Source: Moniliella sp. 'wahieum'
Lineage: Eukaryota
Assembly: GCA_003971905.1 (NCBI GenBank)
Contig: RSEE01000027.1
Location: 558,001 to 622,000, forward strand
Direction of reading: 5' to 3'
Length of the DNA stretch: 64,000 nt
Numbering within the stretch: the stretch's first letter is position 1; each line of letters begins with the position of its first letter. Position numbers and translations under genes: made by a program. The notes below the pieces were generated by a model. That model ran no database searches, was not told the DNA's origin, and saw only the letters and a program-made list of their open reading frames with translations. Positions 23,557-36,500 of the stretch are shown here, piece after piece.

Positions 23557-26500
23557 GGCGGCAGTGGGGCCCTGTCCCCCCTCCTCTCGGTCTTTCACGG
23601 TACTCGCCCATCTGCATCCTGGCCCCTCGTCTCCGTCTCCCTTTTCCCCGATCCCGGTCACCGCCTTGGTCGACTCTGGTGCGAACAGTATTTTCATGGA
23701 CCATGGTTTTGCCCGCCAGCATGGCCTGGTTCCTCGCACGCTGCCGTCGCCCGTGGTCGTCAGGGTGGTAGACGGGCGTCCCATTTCCTCGGGTCTGGTG
23801 ACCCAAGCGGTGAAGGCGCCTGTCGTGATCGGCTCCCATGTCTCAACTGAGGAGTTTTTCCTCACTTCCCTCCATCACCCCCTCATCATCCTCGGTCTCC
23901 TTTTCTGGAAACTCACAACCCCAGCACCGACTACCCCTCGCACACCCTTTACTTTGATAAGGTGCAGTGCCGTGATCACCATATGCCTTCCACGACTGTA
24001 CCCCGGCCTCAGCCCCAACCAGCCCAAGCACCAGAACCCCAAGCACCAAGACCAGCCCAAGCACCAAGACCAGCCCAAGCACCAAGACCACCCAAGCACC
24101 AAGACCAGCCCAAGCACCAAGACCAGCCCACACCAAGACCAGCCCAAGACCAAGACTACGCACCAGCACCAGCACTCGCCCGGGCCCCGGCCCAAGTCCA
24201 CCTCCCCACCTAACCCCATCTCGCCCCCCTCTGTCAACTCGATTCCTTTTCCCTCCTCGGTTCCCTCCCAGCCCGTCCCCTCCTCCCCTCCCTTGCCCAC
24301 TTCGTCCCACCCCCCTTCGCGCGGTACGCAGCCTCTTCCCCACACCCCTTCCTCGGCGCCCTCTGGCCCGGGTCCCTCCTTGCCTTCTCGGTCTGGACCG
24401 CCTATTGACATTCTCTCTCTGGAGCAGTTTGAGCTCGAGGTGGTCAAGGAACCCGAGGCCATGGTAAACGTCGCCTTTCCCCCTGAGCCCGAGTTGGCCG
24501 TCTCGTCCGTCGCGGTCGCTGGCGGTCCCGAGCCAATGTTTCCCGACGAGTTTGACACACCCGAGTACCTCGAGCACGTCCGCCAGACAGTCCCTCCCCG
24601 CTACCACTCCTTCCTTAGCGCCTTTTCCAAGTCAGGGGCTAAGACGCTCCCCGCCCATCGTGCCGCCGATCACGCCATCGACCTTGTCCCCGGCGCCGCC
24701 CCCACCTTCACTCGCCTCTACCCCTTGTCGACGGGCGAAATGCAGGCCTTGTCCCAGTGGCTCAAGGAGAACCTGGCTGCCGGGTTCATCCGTCCGTCCA
24801 AGTCCCCTTCGGCGCGGGCGTCCTGTTTGTCAAAAAGAAGGACGGCTCGTTGCGCCTGTGCGTGGACTATCGTGCGCTCAACTCGGTTACGATCAAGAAC
24901 CGGTTGGCTCTGCCTCTGATTAGCGACTCGTTGGACCGCCTCTCGGGGCCCGCATCTTCACCAAGCTTGACCTCCGTGGGGCGTATAACTTGTTGCGGGT
25001 GAGAGAAGGCGACGAGAGTAAGACTGCCTTCCGCACTCGGTACGGACACTTTGAATCCCTTGTTATGCTCGTTTGGCCTTTGCAACGCCCCTGCCACCTT
25101 CCAAGCTGTGATGAACGACCTCCTCCGCGACCTCCTCGACGTCTCGGTACTGGCATACCTCGACGACATCCTCATCTTCTCGACTAATGAGATGGAGCAC
25201 GAGCGCCACGTTGCCGAGGTCCTCCGGCGTCTGCAGCTGGCCAAGTTCTACCTCAATCCCGACAAGTGTCAGTTCCACACACGCCGCACCGAGTACCTGG
25301 GCTACGTCGTTTCGCCTGACGGGATCGGGATGGACCCGTCCAAGGTTGAGTCGATTCGGTCGTGGCCAACACCCAGAACCTCTCGCCAAGTTCAAGTCTT
25401 CCTCGGCTTCGCCAACTACTACCGTCACTTCGTCCGTTCTTTTGCCCGTATCTCAGCCCCCTGTCCGACCTGACACGCAAGGACCAGCGGTTTTCTTGGA
25501 CCCCAGCCTGCGAAGCGGCATTTGCCGAGCTCAAGCGCGTCTTTGCCTCGCCCCACCTCCTCTGCCACTTTGATCCCACTCGCCCCCTTCGCCTCGAGAC
25601 TGACGCGTCGGACGCGGCGCTTGGTGCGGTGCTCGCCCAGCAGGATGTTCACGGTCGTTGGCGGCCGGTCGCCTTCCATTCTCGCAAGTTCACCGCGGCC
25701 GAGCTGAACTATACTACGTCCGAAAAGGAGGTGCTGGCCATCGTGGCCGCCGTGGAGGTGTGGCGCCATTACGTCGAAAGTGTTGAGACTGTCCAAGTGC
25801 TTACGGACCACGAGGCCATTGCTACGTTCCGCCGCCCCGCCTGTTGAACCCGCCGCCAGGGCCGATGGCGCCAGACCCTGTCCCCCTACCGCCTTGCTAT
25901 GGTGTACCGTGCCGGGCAGAAGAATGGTGCAGCCGACGGGTTGTCGCGCCGTCCCGACCTCGCGGAGGGGTCCCGGCCCGCTGACGCGGCACCTCAAGTA
26001 CTGGTGGAGCCCATGTCCGAACGTTCTGCCCGCCGCCCTCGAGCTCATGGCGGCGGACCCCGTTACGCCGGTGGTGGGGCGAGTGTCTGCCGACGAGATT
26101 CGACAGCGCATCCGCCAACTCGTGCCTCGTGACCCTCGTTGGTCCCTTGCTACGGCTCCACGCCCACCCCGCCATGCTTTGACGGTCCGCGACGGCCTTT
26201 TGTGGCACGGAAACCAGGTCTACGTTCCCAGCGACCCGCCGATCCGTGCTGCCATTCTCCACCAAGCCCACGACTCGGCATTGGCGGGCCATGAAGGGCG
26301 CGACAAGACGTTGGCCCGTGTCCGCGCTCAATATTGGTGGCCCCGCCTGTCAGCCGACGTGTGGGCCTACGTGCGCTCGTGCGACCGCTGTCAACGGACC
26401 AAAGCGCCTCGCCACCAACCCGCTGGACTCCTTCAGCCCCTTCCCCCTCCCCAAGGCCCCTGGACCCACTTGACGATGGACCACATTACCCAGCTTCCCC

Positions 26501-27596
26501 GATCCAATGGTTACGACGCGATTCTGGTGGTGGTGGATCGTTTTACCAAAATGGGTCACTTCATTCCCGCCCACACGACGGACACTGCGCCCCAGCTCGC
26601 ACGCCAGTTTGTACACCATGTCTTTCGCTACCATGGCCTTCCTCGGGATCTGGTGAGTGATCGGGGACCGACCTTCACAAGCCACTTCTGGCAAGCCTTG
26701 TGTGCCGACTTGGGCATCAAGTCGAGCCTCAGCACCGCGTACCACCCCCAGACGGACGGCCAGACTGAGCGACTCAACCAGATCCTCGAACAGTACCTCC
26801 GCTGCTACCTCGACGAGCAGCAGTCCAACTGGTTCGACTCCTCCCCACGGCCGAATTCGCCTACAACTCGTCCTCCCACTCGAGCACCCACCAGTCCCCC
26901 TTTGTCCTCACCTATGGTTACTCTCCCCGGGGGGAGTTGGAGCCCTCCACTTCGCCCGTGCCCGATGCTGCGTCATATTTGGAGGACTTGCGCTCGGCCC
27001 AGGCGGTGGCCCGCCGCACGCTCGCCGCGGCCCAAGACCGCTACAAGCATTATGCCGATCAGCAGCGCACCGAGGCGGCTTCCTTCACTGCTGGCCAGCC
27101 TGTCTTGGTCCGTCGGGACGGCTATGTGGCCAGCCAGCGGCCTTCTGACGGCCTCGACTATCGCTACCTCGGCCCCTTTCCCATTGTCCGCGCCGTGGGC
27201 CGCGCCGCATACCAGGTCCGCCTCCCCGACTACCTACACCTCCATGACGTGTTCCATGTGTCCCGCTTGCGAGCCTACACCCCTGGTGACGTGGTCCCTG
27301 CCCGCTTGATTGAGCCCCCGCCTCCTCTCCCCGAGTATGCTGATGATGGTGCGGTTCATCACGAGGTTGAACATGTCCTCGACTCTCGCCGCAAGGGTCG
27401 TGGTGGCCGCATTGAGTACTTTGTTCACTTCCGGGGCTATCCTGTCCACGAGCGGGAGTGGGTACCCGCTGCGGACATGTCTCATGACGCCGAGCCAGTG
27501 GTCCGTTTCCACGCCCTCTACCCCGATAAGCCTGTCTCCCATGCCCGCCGACTCGCCCTCTCTCGCCTCCGTCGCCGCCCGGGAGATGAGGTCTGA
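23557..27596 (+). CDS. pol: Pol polyprotein: protease, RT, RNase H, integrase, chromodomain (frameshifted)
   Basis: ALVDSGA (PR); [11 protein letters not shown] and [10 protein letters not shown] (RT); [14 protein letters not shown] (RH); [17 protein letters not shown] and [10 protein letters not shown] (IN); [25 protein letters not shown] (chromodomain). Confidence 0.95.
24020..24156 (+). repeat. 18-bp minisatellite (CAGCCCAAGCACCAAGAC, ~8 units) in the PR-RT linker
   Basis: Read directly; translates as (QPKHQD)n or (PAQAPR)n depending on frame. Confidence 0.9.
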
Positions 27597-27606
27597 AAGG
27601 GGGCAA

Positions 27607-27787
27607 TGTCATAGTTTGGCTGATCTCGCTCCCATTTCCAATTTCTTCGTCTCGAGCGTCTCGCTCCTTCCCTGTTCCTTCCACTTCGCACCATGTCCTC
27701 TGTTCTTGCTTCTTCCCCACGAACGATTGCTACACCCCTTGGCCTAGTCCGATCCTGGTCTCCCTCGCCTTAGCCCCGACTGTGACA
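27607..27787 (+). repeat. 3' LTR (181 bp)
   Basis: TGTCA...TGACA inverted ends, preceded by the PPT and followed by the TSD. Confidence 0.95.
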
Positions 27788-28120
27788 GGTTGCGTCGCTT
27801 GCGCGCCATCTTTCTGCTCGGAGTAGGGCGTCGTTGTCTGTCCCAAGAGACCTTGTACACCAAAGGATCCTCCCCTGTGGTCCTCGGTCTCTCTTTTCCC
27901 CGCAACTCGATTCGTGGCTGAGTCTCTAAGTTACTTGGGCAATTATCTTTCAAGAAGCGAGCTACAGGCTGTATATTAAAGCATCATCGTAATTGAGGTC
28001 TCTGAGTGTGACTTCTTCCGATGGATAAAAGGGGCAATCTACTATATACTCCTACTAGTAATGAGATGGTGTAAGAAAAGCTATACGTACGTGAGGTTAT
28101 TAATAATACCGTATAGAGCG

Positions 28121-28250
28121 TATACGAGATAAGAAGTAGATGCAACGAGATAAGGGAAGGTGAAACGAGAGAAGAAAAGGGGAAACGAGGGAACAGGTGC
28201 AACGAGAGGAGAACAATTTGCAACGACCAAAGAGAAAAAGGTGCAACGGT
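28121..28250. repeat. Degenerate ~20-bp purine-rich minisatellite, core TG(C/A)AACGAG
   Basis: Cores at about 28141, 28161, 28181, 28198, 28219 and 28242. Confidence 0.6.
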
Positions 28251-28460
28251 CCATGTAATAGACTTGAGGGGTGGAAACTACATCAGTGTTGGAGAACTCG
28301 AAAGAAAGAAAAAACGCGATATCATGTTCTAGCCAGAGAGGACAGGACAAGAGAAAAGAGGGATAGATAGCAATAATACAGCTTTCGTGATGCTCGAGGT
28401 GGCCTTCTCCTATACAATAGATCTTGAGTTGACTGGGGAAAAAGCCAGGGAAGAGACTAG

Positions 28461-30524
28461 TCACGCTCTTAATATTACTCGTTTCCAGCCGACACGGGAG
28501 TAACCCACGCTTGACGACACTGCGGACACGTCCCGCGTCCCTGGGCCATCCAAGAAAGCAGACAGCGGGTGAGCACCGTGCCGACAAGGGGAGAGGGTGA
28601 CCTCCCTGGTACCCGTTCGGTCGTTGGGAAGCGGGGGGCTGGTCTCGGCACCGCGCACCATGGGCTGAAGACAGCCTGGGCAGGAGTGCCAGTTGAGGCA
28701 GTGGGCCTGCACCTTGGCGCGCTCCACAGCCCACAGTCGACGGTCAAACGCCGTCCCCTCCAGCGCAAGCAGGAGCGCCATTTGTTCCCGCTCGGACAGA
28801 CGCGAGGTACGGTGCTGGTACCGGTCAATCACACTGACTATAGGCGGAGAGGAGGCAAGCTGGTCTCCGCGTCTGGCAAAGTAGGGGGTGCGCAAGAACG
28901 GTAGGCATCAGGCAAATCAAGCCACACTCCCGCGCCAGACTCGGGCTGGGTGGGAAAGCGGATGCGATCGGAGGCGAGGAAGGGGCACTTGACGCCCAAG
29001 GGGAAACGGGTGAAAGTGCAGAAGAAGGTGCATTCCCTCCTGATCGACGGTACTCCCCCCCATTTTCAGATTGGGAGGCAAGCCATTGAACCCGTTGAGC
29101 GAGCGCGGCAGCCTGGCTTATTGCGGAATAGGAACGATTTCCCGAGCGGCCGGCAGGGACAGGGGCGACGGTTTGGACTGGCAAAGTTGTGGTTGGCCGA
29201 CGCTCCACCAACGTACTTTGTCTTACCGTGGGGACCGCAATTGCCTCCAGGTAGGAAGGAGGCGGATCCACGCTCTCCTCGAATGGCGGCGGATCCACGC
29301 TCTGCTCAAATAGTGCAGGGGCGGTGGGACTCCATGACGAGCGGTCCGGTTGGGCACCAAGGGGAGCACCAACCGACCGAGTTGCGTGCTGAGGAGAAGA
29401 TCGGCTTCGGGCCATCATCAATGGGGCTGAAAGCGCTGGTACATGAGGGCCTGGTGAAGTTTCCCGCTGCGCTGGACCGGGAGTAGTAGTAGCAATAGGG
29501 GATTGAACGTGTTCCCTTGGTTCGGGGGTGTTGGGAGTGCGGGTGGGATGGATTGTTGGTGTAACAGCGTTTCAAGCGAGAGGGTTCGGGCAGGCGCAGC
29601 CTAGGAGGATGGGCCGCAGGACGTTCCGAAGGCAATGGTACGGTTGGATTGGGAAGTACCGCTGTGCTGGCAAAAGGAGTTGACCCCTCTTCCGGGGTGG
29701 GAAGACCAGAGCTTTGCGAGGTGGGAGAGTAGGGAGCGGAGGAGCCACTGGATGACCTCCATCCTCGCCCAGGAAAGTGATGGGAGGTATTACTTTGAGA
29801 ACGTCGGTGGCGTACAGTGGCGAGAGATTCAACTTGGGCAGGCTTTTAGTAGGAGGAGGGCAATACGTGCATGTGGGTGTGAGTGGTACTGGGCGAAAGG
29901 GAAAGTGGGAAATTACGCACCAGCTTGACTGCTTCATGCAGACACTGCCCGCAAATGGGATAGTCGCCACGCTCTTCGTTTTCCATCTGGATCCCTGGGC
30001 GGTAAGCTTGGCAGACATTACACCACACCTCGAGGGTACCATCCGTTCAAGTGGCAATGGTTTGGGCCGTCCCGGGGCAAAAGCCAAGGATGTTCGGGAG
30101 TGGATTGTAGCCGAGTGGACCCGATGGCCGGCACGATTATTATCAGTTGACGAAAGGGGCGTGCCTGCTCACACTGCACGTGGGGAAACGACCTTGCCCT
30201 GACTGATGGGGCTGGTTGCGGCTGAGTGCGCTGATATCGTGCGGTGGCGGAGGAATGGGTAAGACCCTCAACAGTTGCAATATGCTGCTCTTTGACCTGT
30301 GCTGAACGAGCAACGCGGATGATGAATGGCGGAGTGGTGGGGTGGTTCTCGCTGCTGGTGTTGTTGCTGGCGCCAGTATTGCCGATGGGATTGGCGGAAG
30401 AGCGGTCTAGGCATGCCGATGCCAGAGATGCTGCGTTTGGGTGGACAGAGACGGGGACGGGGGATGAGGCGGACGTGCGACGGCCGACACTGAAAGCAGC
30501 AGAGCGCGGAGAAGATGAGGACAT
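28461..30524 (-). CDS. Hypothetical protein, low-complexity with Cys-rich (IBR/RING-like) segments
   Basis: Chain of minus-strand ORFs from MSSSSPRS (30524), including CNVC..CGQC, ECGLIC and HCLNWHSCPGCLQPMVR..CFLG, which resembles an RBR-type IBR/RING2 motif. Joining the fragments is inferred. Confidence 0.4.
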
Positions 30525-31770
30525 GTCGTGAGGTTGATGGAGGCGTTGGGTAGGAAAGAGGTGGGGGAACTCCGGAGAGAGGCGGAGAGGCGGAGACGAT
30601 ATATAAGAGCCCTCTGTGGTCCAAAAAAGCAAGAAAGTGCCAACCGTGTCGATAGTGGGAGGCAAGGGAGGGAGTTCCAGAGACCTTATAAAGCCACTGT
30701 GCCATACAATACAAGCAAATGGGGCCGATGACGTTTGCCAAAACGTCCTCTTTCATGTAGCTGGCGCTGGCGGCGGCGAGGCGGCGGCGGGAGGACTGTG
30801 GTGGAAAAGGAGGCCCCATGTGCTGTGTCTCAACCTGGCGGCAAAATGAGAGCGAAGATCCAAGGACGGTGTGCCAGATCGGGGCAGCACATATAGCGCT
30901 GCTCTGGTCTCACCTTCATCCCCCCGGCCGTTAGGCCTTATTAGGGGCGCCTTAGGTTCAGGCCCCGACCTAACCTTGCTGATGGAACTATATAGAATTA
31001 ACGTTTGACCTCCAACGTCCTGTACCCTGCTCAGCTCGCGCTAGGAGGCTCAGCGGCTCAGCCTGAGCCCTCAATTGAGCGCTGAGCCTGAGGCTCAACT
31101 TGTCCCCCGTGGTTCCAGCGTCCTAGCTCCGTATAGCCTCGAGCGGTGTGCGCCTCTCGATCGGCACCGCAACGCATCCCCTCGCCCATGACGGTGACGC
31201 GGTGACGGACAAGCGGCTACCGGCTACCGGTTGGAGGTCACCAATTATTAATTGCCGGGCCCTTACCGCTTACGTACGCATGCGGGATGCATATCGGAGT
31301 AGTGATGCGTGATGGGTGGTGGAGGATGGATGATGCGCATACGGGTGCGCAGGCAAGAAACCCTCTTTTGCCGGCACGAGGGCACTGGGCGCTAGGTACT
31401 GCTGACCAATTTGCCGACACGCCGGGGAAGCACATCCGCCGCACCACGCCACACTCGGCCGCACACCGCCTCTCCGCAGCTGACACCCTTGTTTCGCATG
31501 GGTCGTGTGCCTATGATGCGTGTGTCTCTGGGTGCGTGCAATGCGTACGGCCTCCGTCGTCCCTTCTCCTCTTGGATCTTGGATCTTACTTTCGTCTTAC
31601 TACTGCCTGTTGTGGCGGTGGTACAATTCCCCCGTCACGCGTCACATGTCACACAGCATCCACGTCCCTCGTACCCCTCAACTCAGCACACTCAGTAGCT
31701 CACCAGGTTCCAGTTGCCGATTCTTGTGCCTCGGTCGGCCAAAACTGTCAACCGCCAACTTTAATTCTCG

Positions 31771-31802
31771 TGATGCGTGACGCGTGACGCGTGACGCGTG
31801 AC
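31771..31802. repeat. (TGACGCG)n heptamer array
   Basis: tgatgcg tgacgcg tgacgcg tgacgcg tgac. Confidence 0.85.
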
Positions 31803-32000
31803 TACACTGCCCTCCCACCCCCTCACTGGTTACGGTGACTCGTCACGCGTCACGCATCATTAATCATTCTCATCCCGGCAGCATTCCCTCGCGCCCAGCT
31901 TCGTTCCACGTAACGCATACGCAAGGCCCAGCTCCACACGCGACATATGTCTGTGTTTTTGGTGGAGTGGTGCACCCGCCGACGGTTTCCACGTGCAAGA

Positions 32001-32045
32001 CGTTCAACGTTCAACGTTCTTCAAGCTTCAAGCTTCAACGTTCAA
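32001..32045. repeat. TTCAA array with CG/GC spacers
   Basis: TTCAA starts at 32003, 32010, 32020, 32027, 32034 and 32041. Confidence 0.85.
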
Positions 32046-33557
32046 CCTTTCTTGGCAGGCACAAGAGCACCCATGCACCACCGCGCGCGAGTCTCGTCAA
32101 CAATGATAATAACCTGTAACACCCCCTTTTCCACATATGCTTTTGTCTTCCCCCACATGTACTACCTTCAGAGCCGTTCTTTCCCCCCCGCTTACATCAC
32201 AACATTCTTCTTTCCTGGCGCGACCAATAGGGGGGACTCGATACCGTTATCCAACTCGCCACAGCAGTGTGTGTATATTCTATGCCACAGCGGCAGGCGC
32301 CGCTCTACCATATTTGTTGTTCTCTTCTTCTCTCAGATCTCAGTCGCCGCCTCTCACACACCTCCAGCAGGTAGAATATCACACGCTCCCGACGGGTACG
32401 CTCCCTTCTTTCTCCCCACCCCCTCGACTGTAGCTTTTCCCCTAGTCTATTTGACATGTTGACACCCCCTTCCTGATCCATAATCGATAATCGCTAACCC
32501 CTCAGCGGCCGATGAGGATCGCCCCCCTCCGGCTGAGAGTCACGGCAATTCCATGTCATCAGCTGTTAGTGGCATGCTAGCTGTTAGCATCATCGGCAGA
32601 GCGTGAGCACGGTGGTTCGGCTGGGCGCCCACAATTAAAACAAAACTCAATCCACAAAAGCTAGTTAGTCCCCCCTTTTCTTGGCTTGGTGTGTGTGCTA
32701 TACTTTTGGTTGCCGGTCGCGCCTCTCCCATCTCAAATACCTCAAACTTGTCTTAATGCAAGGACGTTTCCCCCATCATACATGCATCATGCACCAGGTC
32801 GGATATTATGCAGCATGTTTCATCCTACCCGATCCCGTCGCGATGCCCACCTGTTTGCGTCCCCGTGGACAACTCAGTACTCACTATGGCACATGAATAT
32901 GGCAACTGCGGCCACCACACCACGCTACGGCTCGGTGACTTTCTCTCCCCCTCCGAAAAAGCGCTCATATCCTCCCGCGTCCGGCCCGGTGGGTCGGACG
33001 CACACCACTGGTAGCGTCGGGTTGGTTTCATGACTTGAGTTGCACAAGCGGTCTCACCATCTCCGATCTCCTCATCTCATCAATCGGAGCGCAGCCGCTC
33101 CCGGCTCCCAGCTCCCAGCTCCGTCTCCGGCTGCCACTCAGTCTTGCTATCGAAAAGGAGACAGACAAGTCCATTGGCCGACCCCGGCGGTCCAGCGCGC
33201 CGTTCCACGCGATCTGCCAGTCGAGTCCGGGCACCGAGTCGGGCCGTGGCTGAACCTGAGCGCAAAGGGGACTCTCTGCTGCACTGTACCGCACCCAACC
33301 GGGTCCTAATTGGACCTGCCGGGCGCACCCGCGACGGCTGCCGACTCGTGAAAAAACTGGGAATCAATGACACATGACATGAAACGGGAAAAGGGGGAAA
33401 CAGAAAAGGGGGAAACAGCGCGCAACACAGGGCTCAGCGCTCAACGTATACGTTAACGTTCAACGTTCAACATAGTAGTCGGTCCATACAATCGGGATCG
33501 GGGGGAAAGGGGTAGGAGTAGGGGAACGGGGGGAGGGAGTACTACCAGCAGTCGATC

Positions 33558-36500
33558 TTACTGGCTCGGGTCTAGCTTGAACAGCGTGCCTTGGCGCATG
33601 GTCTGGATGAGCTGTCCCACTGGCCCGACCGACGAGTAGATCATCAACAGCGAGGCAATCACCAGTGCCGGCAGCCAGAACAGCGTCAGCATGCGGTCCT
33701 CCTGCCATCTCGAGGTGGCGCTCGGGGTCGCGTTGCGGTCAGAGGGGGGTCGGACTGGGGGTCAGGGGCGGGGAACGGTCCTCGTCCACCTTGCCTCGGC
33801 GACGGCGCCGCGCTTCCGCCCCGGTTGGGGACGGTGGTGTTGAGGCCAACGTCGTGGATGGGTAGGTACTAGACGAGGTGACGAGGAGGCGACGGCAGTT
33901 TCGTAGGCGGGGGGGCAGGCTCGGGTGGGCGTAGGTCCGTGCTTTCTCCTTGGCCTGCGTGGCCTTGGAAGACGCCAGCTGGTCTTCGGAAAACGTAGGC
34001 GCCGCTTGCTCCACCCGATACACCGAAAGCGGCGCCGCAATCGTGTTCTTCAGCACGGCCGGGAGCAAGAACCGGTTCAGCCCGCCCAGGTTGAACTTGC
34101 GCTTCTTCTCGCTCGCTACTGCCCCGGCCATCAGTTTCTTCTCCTCGGCCGAATCACGCTCCCACCGCACCTTGTCCTCCATAAGACTTCCTTCGTCGCG
34201 CGCACAGGCTCGTCGCATCCGGCACCGCTGGCGTTTCGCCGCTAACGCAAGTTTCTCACCAAGCGCACCCTTCTCACCAGCTCAGAGGTAGATCCAAGTT
34301 CCTCCTCGCTCTCTTCCTCCTCGCTCTCCGACGCCAAGTCGGTCCCGGAGGAAAGATTGTCTTCGTCAATGGAGGCGACGGCCAGGGGGACGCTTCTTCC
34401 TCCTGCACCCGTCTTCTCCTCCTTCTCTCTTCTCCTCTCGTCCTCCTCGTATTCCTCCTCGTATTCCTCGTATTCCCCCTCTTGCCCGCCTGCCGGCTGC
34501 ACGTGCGGGCAAGCAGGGCAAAGTGCTGTACCAGAAGCTCGACCGAATCGTCCTGCCCGGCCATGCGGGCCAGCTGGAGCGGCGTGAACCCAGCGCGGGT
34601 CTCCATGCGTGGATTGGCAAACGCACGGAGCAAGCGACGTGTCACGCCCGTGCGGCCATGCAGCGCAGCGAAATGCAAGGGCGTCAAGCCGCTCTGGTCC
34701 CGCGCATTCACCGGCGCCCACGACGCAACAGCTCCTCCACCAGACGCGAAAAGCCAAGCACAACAGCAAGGTGCAGCACCGTCTGTCCCGCGTGGTTGGA
34801 ACCGCAGCGCGTCCTGTCTCCGCTCCCGAGGCAGGTGGGCGGCAGAAGAGAGTGGCGCCTCGGCCGGGCCGGACCCACCTCCTCGTCCGTCAGCGCGAGA
34901 GCGAGACGAGCGTGTCTTGGAAACTGAGCGGCTTGTGCGTCCCATCGGACCCGGCACGCGACAGAAGAGTATAGTGCGAGTCGGTGTGGGAGAGGAGAGG
35001 AGACCAGCTGGTCTGTCGCGCCTCCCTCGGCCGGCGCGGTGCCGGAACCGGTGGCCGCGCGGAAGTGTCTCGCCCCACCACGCGCATCGCCACCTCCCGC
35101 GCCGAATGTACCTGCCCAGTCATCTTGAGCCCCACCACCTGCAGCGCCAGCTCCATCAACCCGCGATCGGTTTGCTCCACGTAGGTAAAGAAGGCCATGG
35201 CGAACTTTCTTCCGGTTGGGCCGCGGGGCACGAGGGGTACGCAGGCTCACAATCACCGGGCCGGGGGAAGCCGCAGGAGGCAGGACACACACCAGCGTAT
35301 TGCTTGCCCACACTTTGGTGCTGATCGCAGGATGGTCTCCAAACAGAACCGAGATCCCCGGCTCAAAGTTCTCCCCGAGTACCGTCACCTCGGTCCCGCC
35401 GGTGGTTGGGCCCTCACGAGGAATCAGCTGCGTGACCTTTGGTACCGGCACGGGCACAGGCACGGGCAATGGCGGGGCGTAAGCGGCGTCATTGAGTTGA
35501 GCATGCCCGGTGTGCCGGCGCTGGAGCCAGAGCCAGCAAAGAACAGGTTGGGCTCGTTGGGCTGGGAAGCGCGTCCATCGGGCTGGAGGGGAAGGAAGTA
35601 CTGGAGCTGGGCCAGCGCATTGGACTTGAACTCATGCCCTGCATCATTGACATCATCGCCGCGTACAGTTGCGGCGGCGGCTGGGCATGGTCTTGGAACA
35701 TGACCGAATTCCCCGTCGATGCCTCGGTCTGCGACCGGGCAAACATGTAAGCTTGCATCAGCATGGCCGGATCCATGCCTCCTGCAGACTGGGTCGCTCC
35801 GTCGGCCGCCACAGGCTGCAGCGTGTCGGACGACAAGTCCCCCTGGAACGACGATAATGGCGCCGGTCCGGCGGGTACCGTGCCCTTGCTGGGGATGGAG
35901 AGACCGCTTCGTGAGGGGATACCGAGTCGCTGATACTCGCATGTCGGTGATGCGACAAAGGAGAAACGTTCTGGGAAGCCGACGTAGCCGGCTCGCCCGT
36001 CACTCCGTCCCCGGGGACAGGAGACGAGCCATCGACTGGCCCCCGCGAAAAGGAACGCTGGGAGCGGATCGCACTGGAAGCCGATTGTCTCGCGTACGGC
36101 TTGCCACGTGCCGTAGTACTCTTTCGTCGCTGCTGGCCAAGGCGGCCGGCGGTGCTGTCCTGCAAAGGGGCTGCACCGCCTTCCTCCAAACTGGGCGGAG
36201 ACGGCAACGGCGGGGGTTGCAAGCCAATTGGTTTGGATGGCGGAGTGTGCGCCGGGTTGGGACGGTGGGTCGCGTTGATGGCATTGGCACGTGTAAGGGC
36301 CTCGCTCAAAGCGTCGGCTTGGGCTTGCATCAGCGCCTGGGCCTGCGGCGTCTGGGACGTCTTGTGGTCGTCGGTGATCATGATGGGCGGGGTGGTGCCC
36401 GTGGCAAGCAGCTGGCCCGTCCAATCCCGCAGCGTAAAGATGACGCAGAACCCCAGTTTCTCCTTATGGTGGCGACAATAGCATGTAATCCGGGTCGGAA

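Larger units (their letters stand above)
22393..27787 (+). mobile_element. Ty3/Gypsy LTR retrotransposon (chromovirus)
   Basis: Perfect TSD GGTTG (22388-22392 and 27788-27792). Both LTRs begin TGTCATAG. PPT gaaagggggcaa lies before the 3' LTR. Domain order is gag, PR, RT, RH, IN, chromodomain. Confidence 0.97.

Noticed and set aside
23520..23600. Programmed gag-pol frameshift
   Set aside because: Pol appears +1 relative to gag, but the background indel rate makes the frame unreliable and I see no clear slippery site.
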